Source of the DNA: Camelus ferus
Taxonomy: Eukaryota
Length of the DNA stretch: 64,000 bases
Direction of reading: 5' to 3'
NCBI RefSeq assembly: GCF_009834535.1
Contig: NC_045696.1
Span: 66,032,001-66,096,000 of the forward strand
Shown: piece by piece, positions 1 to 13,700 of the stretch
How positions within the stretch are numbered: the first letter of the stretch is position 1
Layout of the letters: each line of letters begins with the position of its first letter
Program-made: the position numbers and the translations under genes
The notes under the pieces: model-generated
Database searches by the model: none
Seen by the model: the letters and a program-made list of their open reading frames with translations, nothing else
What the model was told of the DNA's origin: nothing

Positions 1-479
1 AAGGTTTACATTTTTGAAAAAATTTGCAGAGCTTTTGAGAATGTTTGAAAATTATTTGAAACCCAAGTTTTAGAACAGAGGGCCATAGAATATTAAGCCA
101 GAAAGATCTATAGAAATTGTTCCAGTTCAATCTCTGCACTGCAGAAATAGTGAAAGTCCTTTCTTTTTCTATTTGACTTGAGTAAAGTGATTCATAAACT
201 TGGTGGCAAAGTGCAAGCATCCTGATACTGTCTCAGTTCACTTTACTGTCTCACATCGACTGGGTTCTTAAAATCTCATTTTGTTAATTCAGAAGAACAC
301 ATTCTCATCTCCATAATATGCTTCTAAAATTTGCAGTTGGAATTAGATGCAAATATATATGGAAAGGTATGACTTTTCAAATTCTTTAGGTTGCTTTTCT
401 GATTACCTAGATATTATGTGTAGGAAATCTGAAACATTGCAGGAAGCACAAGGCACTTAATTGACACGAGGAGTATAGA

Positions 480-1000
480 TTTTGCGAGACCTCTTAAGGA
501 AGTGATTTATTTGATGAGTTAGAAGGAAGATTATGTGGTAGCCACAGATTGGTGGTCATGGAAAGAGTATTCTAGGCAGACAAAATAGCATAAGCAAAAT
601 ACCTAAAGCAGGAAATACCTCTGGACTTTCAAGGATTGGAAATACAACCATTATGGCTGGAGCATAATGAATGAAATAAAAACAAAGATTGAAAAAATAG
701 GTAGAAATCACCCTATGCAGGTCTTGTGGACAATGTTAAAGATTCATATCCTACTTTTTTGTTGTTATGAAAAAACTTTACAACATTTTAAGCAGAAAAG
801 GACATGATACATTAAAAAAAATTCCTTCTGTGTTCTACATGCATTATGTTTATAAAGTGAACGAGAAGGATGAGAGGTCGTCAGGTAGAAAGCTACATCA
901 TTAACCTAGGAGAACATGGGTATTTGGAGAGTATAAAGGTGGTAAGGAATTGGAAAGAAATGCACAAACTTGAATTTTAGTTTGGATGTAGAACAGATGT
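480..1000 (-). mobile_element. L2 LINE fragment
   Basis: Purine-rich antisense L2 3'-region motifs (tattctaggcaga...agcataagcaaa, ggctggagcata, gcaggtcttgtgg). Confidence 0.55.
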
Positions 1001-1209
1001 AGAATTCACTTCCCTTGTTAAAAGGATTGGAACTGTTCAGTTAAAGTTATGTAATCCAGTAATATTGTTTTTAATGCTAAATTATCTTTGATTCTTTCTT
1101 CATCCATGTATATAGGAAACTGTCAGATCCTCATAAACTATCCGAGAAGCTGTTTTCTACGCATGCATCTGCTGTCTGGGCCACACATCTTCAGTACAAA
1201 TTCTTTGAG

Positions 1210-1380
1210 ATCAGCCTCCTTTGTGTTCAAATCCTGACTTATCCACTCTGTAGTTATGAGAACGTGGACAACTCATAAAACCCCTTAAGTGTCACTTTTA
1301 TGAAGATAGGATTAATACCCTACACTCACTTAACCCCATCTTAGTTTGCTGTAAAGCTTAGTAAGGTAATGGAGGCATAC
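1210..1380 (+). mobile_element. MIR SINE
   Basis: gttcaaatcctgact...tagttatgagaacgtggacaa followed by a degenerate MIR core. Confidence 0.5.
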
Positions 1381-2014
1381 CATTTCAAAAAAAAAAAGCA
1401 TTTTGATCACACATCTCCCTCGATGGAAAAAAAAGAACACTTAAAATACACTAAAAAGATGTCTTAAGGCATTAAACACAGAATGACAATATTGAAAGTG
1501 TCTTTTCTTACAATCTGACCAGCCTAAGGAGAAAGGCTAACACCATGCCAAGAGTCCAGACAGACTCGCTTTACAGATAAGAAGCCCACCCAGAGCATCC
1601 AATCTATGTTAGCCTCCACTTTTAAACGTAAACAGACAACTATCAGGGGTGGACATACACCTAAGAAAATCCTCTAATATAAAAGAAACAAAAATGATCA
1701 GAAAAAGAAGCAACCTGAAGGGAATAGATCTTATGTGAAGAGAAGTAACTTTAGGAAAAACTATTAATTTTTATCTTCACAGCAATAAGAAAAAGAGTTA
1801 TCAGAAATTAAAAACATAAAATAGTAGAAATGAAGAGCTTAAAAAGTTGAGGGAAAAACAGTTTTAGGAAATGACAAAGAAGGAGAAAAGCAAGATAAAG
1901 AAATGGAAAATGAAGAAGAAAACTTTTTTAAAAATTAGAGGATGAGTTCAGGAAGTGCAAATGAGAAAGAGAGAACAGGGAAAAGAGAAGCGAGGATAGT
2001 ACTTACATCTTGCA

Positions 2015-2094
2015 GAGGAGGCGGGGATAGCTCAGTGCTAGAGCACATGCTTAGCATGCATGAGGTCCTGGGTTCAATCCCCAGTACCCTCCAT

Positions 2095-2142
<48 letters not shown>

Positions 2143-2174
2143 CCAACCTAGTTGCCCCTTCCTCCCCAAAAAAT
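2015..2174 (+). mobile_element. tRNA-Ala-derived SINE, camelid Vic-1-like
   Basis: tRNA-like head with A box (tagctcagtgcta) and B box (ggttcaatcc), an expanded (TAAA)n, a cctagttgcccc C-rich segment and an A tail. Confidence 0.85.
2096..2142 (+). repeat. (TAAA)~11 microsatellite inside the SINE
   Basis: Direct reading. Confidence 0.95.
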
Positions 2175-3629
2175 ATGTTGGGAAACTTGTCCAGAAATTA
2201 AGACTATGAGTTGATATAAAGTGGAAGAAAATAAATCCAAATTGAAAAAATAAAAGAACTCGTCACACAAAAAGAAAAATCTTACAAGTTTCTAGAGAAG
2301 AGAGAAGTAAAACTAGACACTGTATGTAAGATTGGGATTCAGTGACTTTGGACTTAACAAACAACACTGGCAGCAAGAAGAAAATTGAACAATGCCTTCA
2401 AAATTCTTAGTTAAGTAATAAAAAAATTAAAATTTTAATCTAGCCTAATTGAAAATTAAATCTGAAAATAAGATACAAATATTTTAGTTCACAAAAAATT
2501 TTCATGAACCGTTCTCAGAAAGCTTTTGATTTTGTTTTTCACTTCAACACAGGATTGAAGTGATCCAACACAGGAGACAGGTAAGGGCAATCCCAAGGTG
2601 ACAGCTGAACAAGAGAGATAAAGAGCAACCAGCCCGGATTTAAGCCATAAAACAGACATGCTAATGGTGATCATCGCTAAGATGCCTTCTGCTCTGGTGA
2701 GCCTGGTTTAGGCTCATGTGCTGATAAAGTTCCCACTCTCACTCCCACTCACTGTTGACTACTGAGCAATTCACCTCACTGTAAATCTCCTGAGAACTGG
2801 AGTTGGCTATGGTGACTCTAGAATTCTAGGGGAAAAAATCAAACTATCCCACTCCCCCAACCATGACTAGTGTTCATCTCATTTTACAGGTTTGACAGAT
2901 GCCAAGCTAGAAAACTTTTACTACTTCCTAAGGCTTGTTCACTGCCTTTACCACAAAATTTCCCCAAAGAAACTCTTACAACCTCAAAGGGAACCTGAAA
3001 ACCAAACTATGACTCAAACTCCAGCTAAGTTATCTTCTGCTGTGATTCTTGTTCTTACGATAACATGGCTTTTCTTACAGTGTTGTTTGTGCTTCCTAAT
3101 CAATTTCTATATGTATAAAGCTTCGTATTTGTATGAAACAAACTTAAATATGGAAAAAGATATGAGATGTGAAGTGTTTATCATAGTGACTGATACACAG
3201 TAAACTCTCAATAAATCACAAGTACAGTTGGTACAGTTTTATGTCGTCCTTCCATCCCTTGGTATTAATTATTTTTCCAAAACACAGTTTGGGTGAAAAA
3301 TCTTTCAAATAGTCATATGATGACTCAATTATGTAGTACATGTGCCCAAAATGCCCTTTCCTTACCACTGAGAAACACTAGCAAATGTAAACATCCTTGA
3401 AATGTTAACAACAATAAAAACCCTTAATTGTATTATTGTCTGTACATAAATTATATATTCATTTTAATAAAAATATTTGATGAATGACCTATATGAAGAC
3501 TTTAGTCTACATTCAGATAATCGTGTAGCCCACATGCAGATATGACCTAGATAAATGATGTAATAGGAAAAAAAACTACTCTAGCAATCAAAAGAACTTA
3601 AATCTAGTTCTGAATATGTCACCACCTAA

Positions 3630-4225
3630 TTAGTCAAGCTGGATTGTGCCTTGTCAAGTTGACTAAGGCTGGGAAGTAAGTTTCCCAGAATCCCTTTTCC
3701 ATATGGTTTTAGGCTAGAGTTGCTGCATGGGTTTTGGAAGGTCAGAGTATAGCAAGTGCCACTGCTTTTGGAAGACTGTCTCAGTCTGGCATGGGGTTGA
3801 AATGATGCAGAGGTGCCCAGTAGACCTCAGTTTATGTATACTTTCTTCCACTTTGCTTAAAATTCACCTTCCCCACTGTCGGGCCCACCAGCAGGGACTT
3901 GGCTGCAGAGTCACAAAGGTGACAACTACACAGAGGCTTAGCTTCCTGAGAGGTGGAGATTTCCATTCCACTCCCCTCCAGCTTCCCCCTTTGTGGTCCT
4001 AATTCACAGACTGAAAGCGTTATTATCCTGGATTTCCATGAAAGCTTCTGTTTGTTCACTCACATCAGTGATTAAGGTAGACTGGTCAATGACCTTTTCT
4101 CAGATCTTCCAACTCCCCTCTAGACTGTCCCTCCTTCAGCTCTTCCCATGATTGAACACGTTCTAATTCCTATAGTAAATCCTTTGTTCACATAATACCT
4201 ACAGTGACTCTGTTCCCCTGGCTTA
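3630..4225 (+). mobile_element. ERVL-class solo LTR (LTR16/MLT2-like, subfamily uncertain)
   Basis: 5' motif aggctgggaag...tttcccagaatccc and 3' motif agtaaatcct...cataatac...gtgactctgttcccctg. GC content is higher than in the flanks. Confidence 0.5.
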
Positions 4226-4945
4226 TGAAATGTGATGATGAGCTCGAAAGCCCTCACCAAGTCTGATATTCTAAGATTCTCAGAGCCCTTTCAGTATGAT
4301 ACTGTATGGTTTATACATATCTCAGTAAACAGCAGGAGCGGGTTCAAGTCCATTCCCCTATTTCTAGAAGACAACAGGGAAGTTAAGCCACATTGTAAGT
4401 TTTCATGTGACTTCTCAGAACACCAGGAGTGCATTGAGTTCTCTAATTTCAAATATATAACCAATAAATGGGTTTACAGTGATTGCATATGGATTAAGTA
4501 GACAAACAGGCTCACCTGCATAATAGTATATATTTAGTGCACAAGTGCTTAAATAAGAAAGTAAATAAGAAATAACAAACAGTTCTATTCATGCTTCTTG
4601 AGTATACAAACATAAAGTGGAGACTAAAGATTTGTTCAGTGGCCAACGAAGGCTACAGCTGAGCCCCCAGCCCCACCCAGCACCCTCCCAGGAGTCCTCA
4701 ACTGTTGCCAAATCATTTCACTTGTACCTAAAGGAGAACAATATCTCAGAAACGATTCCAAGACAATAAATCAAGAAAGCTGGTTTGTTCACATTTTTTT
4801 CTTTTCTTTCCATTATTGAGGTCAGCCTCCCACAGAGAAAGTTATACCATGCAAAGGATTCAGTAGAATGAATGAAAATATATTTATATCACTCATGGAT
4901 TACTTTTCTGTGGCACAGTTTCAATCAGCAGCCCTGGAGAAGAAA

Positions 4946-4946
<1 letters not shown>

Positions 4947-4979
<33 letters not shown>

Positions 4980-4999
4980 ATGCGTGTGTGTGTGTGTGT
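4947..4999 (+). repeat. Interrupted (TG)n microsatellite
   Basis: Direct reading; interrupted by catgc. Confidence 0.95.
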
Positions 5000-6039
5000 T
5001 GTATGGTTCCTTAACTTCATAATTGCAGCTGTTCAAACATTTATCATTTCATGTTACAAAATAAGGAATTCACCAAAGCACAGAGAAGCAGCATATTCTT
5101 CCATCAGTTTAGCATTTGTTCCAGGATTTAAACAAAATAAATTAAGAATGCATATGGTTTTCACATAAACTAGCTTGGCTTCTTCAGGTCAATTCCAAAA
5201 TTATCCTTTTTTTCCACCACTTCTTTGGCTGAAAGCATTACCATTCATCTTTGCATGCCACATTCATTATAAAAGTTAATATCAGCGTATTATTTTATAG
5301 TTTAGAAAACGCTTTTATGTACATAAAATAGATCAGCGAGGTATAGTAGAAAAAAACACTGGCTTTGGAGTCCAAAGATCCTTACCACTTGTGCAACAGA
5401 GGGTGGGGGCTGACGTGGGGGATCACCTCTATTCTGAGCCTCAGGTTTCTAATAGAATTTCCGTAAACTTAGATGAGATAGGGTACGTGAAGGTGATTTG
5501 TGAAAGGTCTGTAATGAGACAAATAAAGGACAATTAAATCAATTTGCATGTTACAGATGAGGAGTAGCCATTCAATGATTCACCCAAAATTAAGTAGAGG
5601 CATTATCGGGAAGAGAATTCCAAAGTCTTGACTCTGAGGGCAATATTCTTTCCACTCCATCTCACTGCCTCTCGTTCATTAATTCTGTTTAAAAACAAAA
5701 GCTTTTTTTTTTTTTTATTATGGACCCCATCATTTTATGTAGAAATTTAAAAAGAAACAACCTATCTTAGAAATGAAGGATGAAGAGCAGGAAATTAGAA
5801 CTCAGAATTTCTGAGTTTAAATATGCACTCTCTTCCTCACTAACTTTGGGACTGAGTACACTTAACTAAGTTTTCTGTGCTTAATTTCATTATTCCTAAA
5901 ATCATGATACAAGTACAATTCTGGAGATGTCCTATCTATGGACTTATAAAAGAGTTGATATATTTTTAAACTTTTATATCCATTATGGGTTAGGTTTTCT
6001 GTAATTAGAGCCACAATTAACAAGCATCCAAACTGATGT

Positions 6040-6690
6040 ATCACTTCCTACAATCCATTTTCCAAAACTTAATCCCAGCAGTCTTTTAAAAGCATCCTTC
6101 ACATCATGCTCCTCACCTGCCTACAATTCTCCAATTGGCTTTTCATCCTATTTAGATTAAAATCCAAAGTCCTCTCTAGTTTACAAAAACTTACCTGATC
6201 TGACCTCTGCTTCTGTCTATGACTCACTCTCTTAACTATCACCCATTTGCCTTCCTTCAGACCCTCAAGCATTCTAAGATTGTTCACACGTCAGGGTCTT
6301 TGTGCTAGCTCTTCTGTTCTCTAGGAAAATTTCCCCCCAGATCTTTAAGCAGTTGGTTCCGTCTCGGTCAGCTCTCAACTAAAACATCCGCGTCTCAAAG
6401 GGGTCTTCCATAATGATCCACATTAGAACAACTGCCCAGTAATTTTTCTTTCACATTACTTATCTTAATAATTTGCATTGCATTTATCACAATGTGATAT
6501 ACATATGTATGCATATAATGTAATAATAAATACATATATATGTATTTAAATGCGATATCCCTTTCAACAGTATAAGCTCCATGAGAACAAAGACATTTAA
6601 CCTCTTGTTCCCTGCAGTATTCCCATCACCTAGAAGAGAGCCTGTCATATGCCTTTAATAGATAGTTATTGAAAAAGTGAATGAATCTAC
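6040..6690 (+). mobile_element. L2 LINE 3' end
   Basis: Characteristic tail taagctccatgagaac...tcttgttccctgcagtattccca...cctagaaga...ttattgaaaaagtgaatgaat. Confidence 0.8.
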
Positions 6691-7689
6691 TCTTTATATT
6701 CCAGAAACTCTTCACTGCTCTGGTCAGCTGGTGGTATTTTTCACCAATTACTCATACTGCTATGAATCTATTTTTATATCGGTTACATCATTTTCAGTAG
6801 GATTTGGAAGGAAGCATAAATAAATTCATATACTCAGCAGCATTTTTACAGGAATCAGCAATAACTTTTCTAAGTGAAACCATCATTGCCTTTGAACTTT
6901 TCAGTGATGCGAATACCAACTTCATTTTAACAAAATAATATGGATTTTCTTGCACTTGCAAAGTTATTATCATTTCAATGCCTGAATATAAACAGAGAGC
7001 CAGAATGGAGCATCATACATGAGGCACACATACAGAAGATGCCCATGTAGCTCTTTCCACTTTAGACTTGTTAATTTGCTTTAAATAAACATAACAATAA
7101 GTGGTATCTAAAGTCCAGTACAGACCAGGAGAAAAACAAGTTAGTGAGAATGCAACCTGGTCCTCAAGTTTTCTTACCTGAGACGTAAGAATACAGATCA
7201 GTGATTTCCAGATTTTGCATATTATAGATCATGGTAGTTTTCGAATAGGAATTAACTTTTTATTTTACCCACTTAAGACACTTATGAATACTATCTCTGT
7301 TGCTATAAAATAAAGGACATTATGACATCAAATATTGCAAAGAATACACCTAAGAATAAAAAACACTTCTTTAAATGAAAATCTTTTAACTTTGTGAAAC
7401 ATTTACTTCATTGTTCTTTTCTCATTTTGCAGCAGACCAGTGGAAAATTTTCAGTGTTCAGTACTAGTTCTACGAGTATTTAAAAATTCCTGGGACTTAA
7501 AAATCTGAAGATGTATGTTTAAAATTCAGAATAAATCACCTAACCTTCTAGAGAACCAGTCTCTTTACCTTATTTTTACCTATCTAGGGGAAGGAGGCTG
7601 AGAACCAGATGAAATGATCATCCTCGAAGACATTTGTAAGCCATAAATCTCTTTATACATATAAATTACGGATTTGATACAAGGTATGA

Positions 7690-8130
7690 TAGAGAGGGAC
7701 GAGGTGACTCTTGTCTTTTTCACCTGAGGAACTGGAAGTTGCTTTAAACTGAGATGGGAAAAATAAATTTTGGAGAGATCAGCAGTCTAGTTCCGGGCAT
7801 GTTAAGCTTGAGGTAGCTATTAGACATCTGAGTGGACATGTCACGAAGGCATTTGGTTCTAGGAATTTGGAGTTTATGCTGGAGATACAGCCTGAAGGTA
7901 TAAAGTTAGCAATTGCTAGCCTACAGGTGGTTTTAAAAGTCATAAAGCTAGAGGAGATCACCAAGGAAATGAGGCAGACTCAGAAGGAAGTGGGGACAAT
8001 GTCTGTCCCCTGGGCATGCGGCTGTTCTGACATCAGAGAGGAGAGGAGAGGAAAGGACACTGAGGAGGAGCAGGCTTTGATGCCAGAGACAATCCAGCAA
8101 AGCAGAGCAGTGAAAGCCAAATGAAATTTT
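7690..8130 (-). mobile_element. L2 LINE internal fragment
   Basis: ggcatgttaagcttgaggtagctattagacatctgagtggacatgtc...ggtggttttaaaagtcat...gagatcaccaaggaaatgag. Confidence 0.7.
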
Positions 8131-9908
8131 CCCCAGAAACATGAGGTTTGAACATCTCCTTGATGCCCTTGTAATTCAGGCAAATGAACGCATTACCCAT
8201 TTGGCCATGCTCAATGTGAAACCAATACCTGCCACTGAGCTGTAATCCACACACATGCACACTAACGTAAATTCAAAAATACCACCCCCAGGCCTGAAAC
8301 CTGAGCATTCCAATGCATATAACAAATGGAGAGAATTGAAAATTAATACAGTGCAAGCTTTCACAGAGGCACAGCTTCCAGGTGCTCGGAGGAAGCACCA
8401 GTGACCTATGAGTAGAATCTGTGGATATGCTGAATGACTGCTTGGAAATTTGAAAATTTAACTTATGCTTTGTCATGGTCTAATTGGGCAGTATGTCAGT
8501 CTCGTGAATCGAGTCTCAAGTACCTTAGCAATACGTCACTCTTTAAATCAACGTAATAAGGAATTTGTAGGTGTGTTCACATATAAAAATAATATTTTGT
8601 TTTTCTAAAGGAACATTTCCCATTTTGGAAAAACCTGCTATGCCATCTTTTAATGGTGAAATCACCTATCATCAAACTAGGTTTTGATTTTCAGAAGCTC
8701 AATTTATATTAAACCATTAGGTAACATCCTGATGACATGATATGTGTCACAAGCAGCCATAACGCCATGGTCAATGACAACCTCTGTGTTAACAGTGAGA
8801 GGGCTGAGAATAAAATCCAGGGCAAACACCCACCACCCATCACATTTTAACAGCTCTTTTTAAAACTTCAGTCTTAGTTGCAGCAAAATCTTGCCTTGAG
8901 ACACGTAGTTATGGCTTAGTTTGCCCTGGTGATATCTGACCCCATTGCCACATCTCACCTTTGTTCCTTAACTTTCCCCAAGGCAAGGGTTTGCTAGTTA
9001 CCTCCTTCACTGCTGACTGGCAATGCCCTCCAGTGGCCACTGTGAGAAAAAGAGCCTCAGCTAGCCAATGGACTGTGAGAATAAGAGCTAAGAGGTACGA
9101 GGAAACCACTGCCAGGGTATTTTAGCTTTCACCAGTTATTTTTCCTTTCTTTTTAAATTTGGTTCTCCCGGCAAGGTATTTTTCTTGATATTTTTTTCAA
9201 ACATTCTTTCTTCCTTGACATTATTTCTAAACATTTAAATTGGTATCCTATATCAATGTGATCTTGATACAGATTTAGAGGCTTAGAAAGAATTTATGGC
9301 ATATCGGGCAAACCAAGGCAGACAGTGCAAATGCTATTTTAAGCTTGTATGGATCCTAGAACAAAGAGGAAGATTATTTGAAGAAAATTTTATTCCTGGA
9401 GAATAAATGCAAACATAGTATTCACCACATTCTTTTCCTAAAATATGTTGCCTAGTGACCAAGTTGAATCAATTGTCAATTGATCTGGCGGGAATCTCAA
9501 TAGATGGTCTGTTTGACTACCCTTTATGGGGAAGAATAAGGATTAGCTTGTGAAGCTCTGTCTACCCCACGGGAAAGGGGTCTGTGGCAAGAAGAAACTG
9601 GGGAGGGGGAATGGGACTAAGGCCAGGGAAGAATGGAAAGGAACAAGAGCGCAACAAAAGGTTCAATTTAATTTTCAAAAGAGATGGTTGTTTTTACTTA
9701 AAAACAAGAATAAATAAGGTAGAGAGTGTAACAATAATCAAGAAATGTAAGGAATGCATGTATATTGCCAGATTTTATACATATATACATGTGTGTATAT
9801 ACACACACACACACACACATGTTTGATCACACCAATCTTATAAGGAAAGAAGATACAGAAATTTGGAAATAAGCAATAAGGATATTTTTTAAAATTTAAC
9901 GTACCCAC

Positions 9909-10293
9909 ATACATTAGTTAGCTCAGGCTGCCACAACAAAATATCACAGACTGGGTGGCTTAAACAACAGGAATTTATTTTCTCACAGTTTGGGGGAAGG
10001 CTAGAAGCCCCAGATCAAGGTGCTGACTGGTTCCGTCTCCTGGCTTGTAGACTGCCACTTTCTCCCTGTGTGCTCAGGTGACCGCTCTTCTCTGAGCATG
10101 TGGAGAGAGAGGAGGACAGAGAAGTATCCAGTGAGACTCCTCCTTTTCTTAAAAGAACAGCATTCTCTGGGATTAGGGCCTCACTCTATGACCTCACTTA
10201 TCCCTAATTACTTCCCTGAAGGTTCTTTCTCCAAATACAGTCACACTGGAAGGTAAGGCTTCAATATATGAATTATATATTCAGTCCATTGCA
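9909..10293 (-). mobile_element. MaLR solo LTR (MLT1A/B/C-like)
   Basis: Hallmark antisense termini attagtt...ggctgccacaacaaaatatcacagactgggtggcttaaacaacaggaatttatttt and ctccaaatacagtcacactgg...attcagtccattgca. Confidence 0.9.
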
Positions 10294-10299
10294 ACATAT

Positions 10300-10760
10300 T
10301 TTATCCTATAGAAATGAAATAAAAAAGTAAAAGAGATATCAAAAATATTCTTTTCTGGATATATACAAGAACATTTTTTGTAGCATAAGTTATAGTTGTC
10401 AAACAAAACAAGAGAACACTGAAAAACCAAGAGAATGCTCCCTAATAGGGAAATGGGTGGGCAAATCATGCTTGTATTCATGCCATGGAATATTACACAA
10501 CTATTAAAAATGTTGACTTGGAGCTAGCTCATGTAAAGGGTTACATAAGCAAGAAAAAGAGATGTGTATATAAGATGCTCATATTTTATACAAACACAGT
10601 AACAAAATAATTCTATATATGTTTCAGCGTTTTTTTTAAAATTGAGACATAATTGACATAAAACACTACATTAGTTTCAGCTATATAACACAATGATTAG
10701 ATATATGTATATATTATAAAATGATCACCACAATATATCTAGTTAACTTCCATTCACTAA
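10300..10760. mobile_element. Old L1 3' fragment (+) followed by a short L1 3' end in reverse (about 10630-10760)
   Basis: tattcatgccatggaatattacacaactattaaaaa, then ttttaaaattgagacataattgacata...cattagtttcag...aaatgatcaccacaata. Confidence 0.6.
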
Positions 10761-13700
10761 AGAAAATATTCTTTAATGCAATTTATACAATCCAATTAAA
10801 TTTCATCCAGAATAAGTAACATAATCCAGAACTGATCCAGGATACAATGAAAGAATGGAGTAGATTTCTAAAAATAGCAATTAGCAAAGAAAAATGACCA
10901 GATCTTAAATCAAAGCCTCAAAAACTGGGATTCTGAGAACAGGCTTGTGGTATGACCCTAGGAAAGCCCTAAGAACTCGATTAAACTAGAACTGAATTTG
11001 AATTGAGTATCTTAGAGTCACATTTCCCAAAATTTGAACTATTCATTTCCATCCTAATATAAATCACTTTCCAGTGAAAGGTGATTTGTATTTCCCCTAA
11101 AACAGACGCAGAGAGGCAAACATTCAAGTGACCCTGGGAAACGCAGAGATGTGGGGAAGTAAAACAGGAAATGGAAGGATGCCAACTGAAGGTGCATTAT
11201 GAAGCCACTTACCATTGTGGACAACTGGAGCTAAATCCCAGAAACTCTAGAACCCTAGGAGAACAGAGTTCATGGGCACATTTCTGAGCGAGAGGAAACT
11301 GGAGTATTGAGATGTCATTTCCCCATACATCATGGGTTGAGGGCAACTGTCGCTGTTTCTGGGAAAATAACTGTGACAGGTCCAGTTTCCTCTGAGTGTT
11401 GAGCCAGGTGTGTTCCCACAGTCAGGGAAAAAAAAAAAAAAAGATCCTCAGGCAAGCAGTAGCCTGTGTTCCCAATAAATTTTGAGGCAAGACAATCTTC
11501 TCTAAACCTTTGTTCATCACCAAAGGTTTGGTGATGATATCTCCAATCTATTTCCAAGTTTTGTTGCTCCTATGTCCTTAAATCTCTTGAATCCAGCCAC
11601 ATCTCAACATCCACGGTCTTAACAGGCTAGATCGATCACCATCTCTTGCCTAGATGGTTGCACACACTTCTAACATGCCTTCTTCTCTTCGGTATACTTC
11701 TCCCAGATTATGCTACACGTTAGAGCTTGCTGATGTTTCTATAATATAACCATGCTATTTCTCTGCTTAAAACACTGTGATGTCCCTCAGTGCCACCTGA
11801 ATAAAGTTTGAACGTGTTAGCACACTTTGGACTTCTTAGCATGGTCAAGCAGGTGTATTTCACGTGCTTGCCTCCTCTGCACATGTACTTACAGATTCAC
11901 ATCATTTGGCATTATTTCCCTTAAATGTCCATCTTGGTTGGCAAATCTGTTCTCGGCTTAGAAAGTGGATCTCTGTAACACTTTCCATGCTTCTCACCCC
12001 TCAGGTAAAGTATCCCAAACAAGATAGGTGATACAGAGGCATTATTCCCCTAGACGATCTTTTCCCTAAAATTCTATTATTTGTATATCATTTATCTCAG
12101 CCTCCAAATCCCTTTGCGTAGTATCATTATTTTTTTGTGATGGTGGTAATCTATTCCACACTTTCTGTTTCTTGAACCCCAGCCCAAAGATGACTTTGTA
12201 ATCCATCACTTATTTTAGGTTTAATAGAAGCTTTTGCAGAACCTTCCCAGGCAAGCTTAAGTTGGGAAGTTACATTTTGAGAGGCAGTCCTTGGCTTGGA
12301 AAAATATTTAAAACTAATTTGCAGGAAACACACTAGTTGAAATTGAGAAGGCTGTGGATTAGTCACACCTCAAAAACTAAACACCGTCCTGTGATTCTCT
12401 TTTCTGGCTGGACCTACAATGCCTCCTAGAAGACTACACGCATACTGGGGGCTTATGCATGGCTAAAGCAGAGCATAATCCTGTTGTAGCAAAATATCCT
12501 CTTCCATAAGGGACACATTGCTGAGGTTGAAGCTTTTGGTTTGAGGAAACCCAAAAGGTGAAAATTGACCCACATAAGCTAGCAAAAATGTCGTTATTTA
12601 AATGCTAAGACCCATGTCTTACCCCTTAACAATAAGCCAGGGAGGGGCTAGGAGTGGAGGAACACCCTTTCTCCTTTATGAACTCAGGATAAATGCATAT
12701 TGGACATGACCTAGCCTCTGTTTATTTCTGAAAGTTTATCTCTTTCCATGCTCCTTTCTCCAAATATACTTTTCTTTCTTTCTTTTTTTTTATTTTTAAT
12801 GTTTCAGGCATAATTAGCTACTCATAACTCTCTGGGTCTCCTTCACCTAAGTTATTCTCATTTATTATTTCCATCAGGGTTGCTTACTCATTCTCAAAGT
12901 TTTACTTTAGATATAACCCTTAACAGGCAGGCTTCCTGAACTTTCCAAGTCTGTGCTTTGCCTCCTCCTTCGTCCTCTTATGACACCATGAATAACCTCT
13001 TCATTTTATGAAACTTACACTTATCCCTCTGTCTTAGAATCACCTGCTTACTTGCCTGTTTCAGCACCAGATAGTAAAATTACTGACAGCAAAGATTTCT
13101 TCTTAATTTTACTTAAATTTCAGGTGTTTCGTGTAGTGACTGGTACAGAAGTTGCTGTATAAACTATAATACTATGAATAGATAAACATACTGTATTAAG
13201 TAAGTAAATTAGAGTAGACTTGGTCACTCTTATTTTCTCACAGCTGTGGTTTCATAGCCTGTCTTAACATTTGATTTAAGTCACTCTAAATGTCCTGGTT
13301 TCTTAGGCTAAATGATCATGCAGAATCATCCATAAACCTCACCTTCTTTCATTCTGACCCAAATGAGATATGAATTTCATGATGGTTTCAAGGAAGAAAG
13401 ACACTGAGATGGACAACTGAGGGAATGTAGTGGCATGGTTTGAAATTTAGTGGAAAATCCCATGGGTCCAAGGACCTGAAGCTTGCATCTTCAGCTGTCC
13501 CCACTCTTTGCCATTTATGTTAACTCAATGATCAAATCCTGTTAGTTCTATTTTGGAAACATCGCTAGAATCTGAGTTCTCTCCATCTTTACTGATACAG
13601 CCTTAGCTTAAGTTTTTTTCTTAGAATCTTTTACCTAAAAGTCTTTGGTCACAAATTCCTTCTGTCATCCAGTTCCATATACCTCCTCACGCCTCATCCC

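Larger units (their letters stand above)
1480..2600 (+). mobile_element. Ancient L1 (L1M/L1ME-like) ORF1-region fragment, interrupted by a SINE
   Basis: Strong A skew, plus motifs typical of the old L1 ORF1 3' part (gactt...aacaacactggcagcaagaagaaaattgaacaatgccttcaaaattct). Confidence 0.55.

Noticed and set aside
2023..2093. Apparent tRNA-Ala(AGC) gene
   Set aside because: It has a D-loop GG>GC change, an imperfect acceptor stem and a contiguous SINE tail inside an old L1, so it is better explained as a tRNA-derived SINE.
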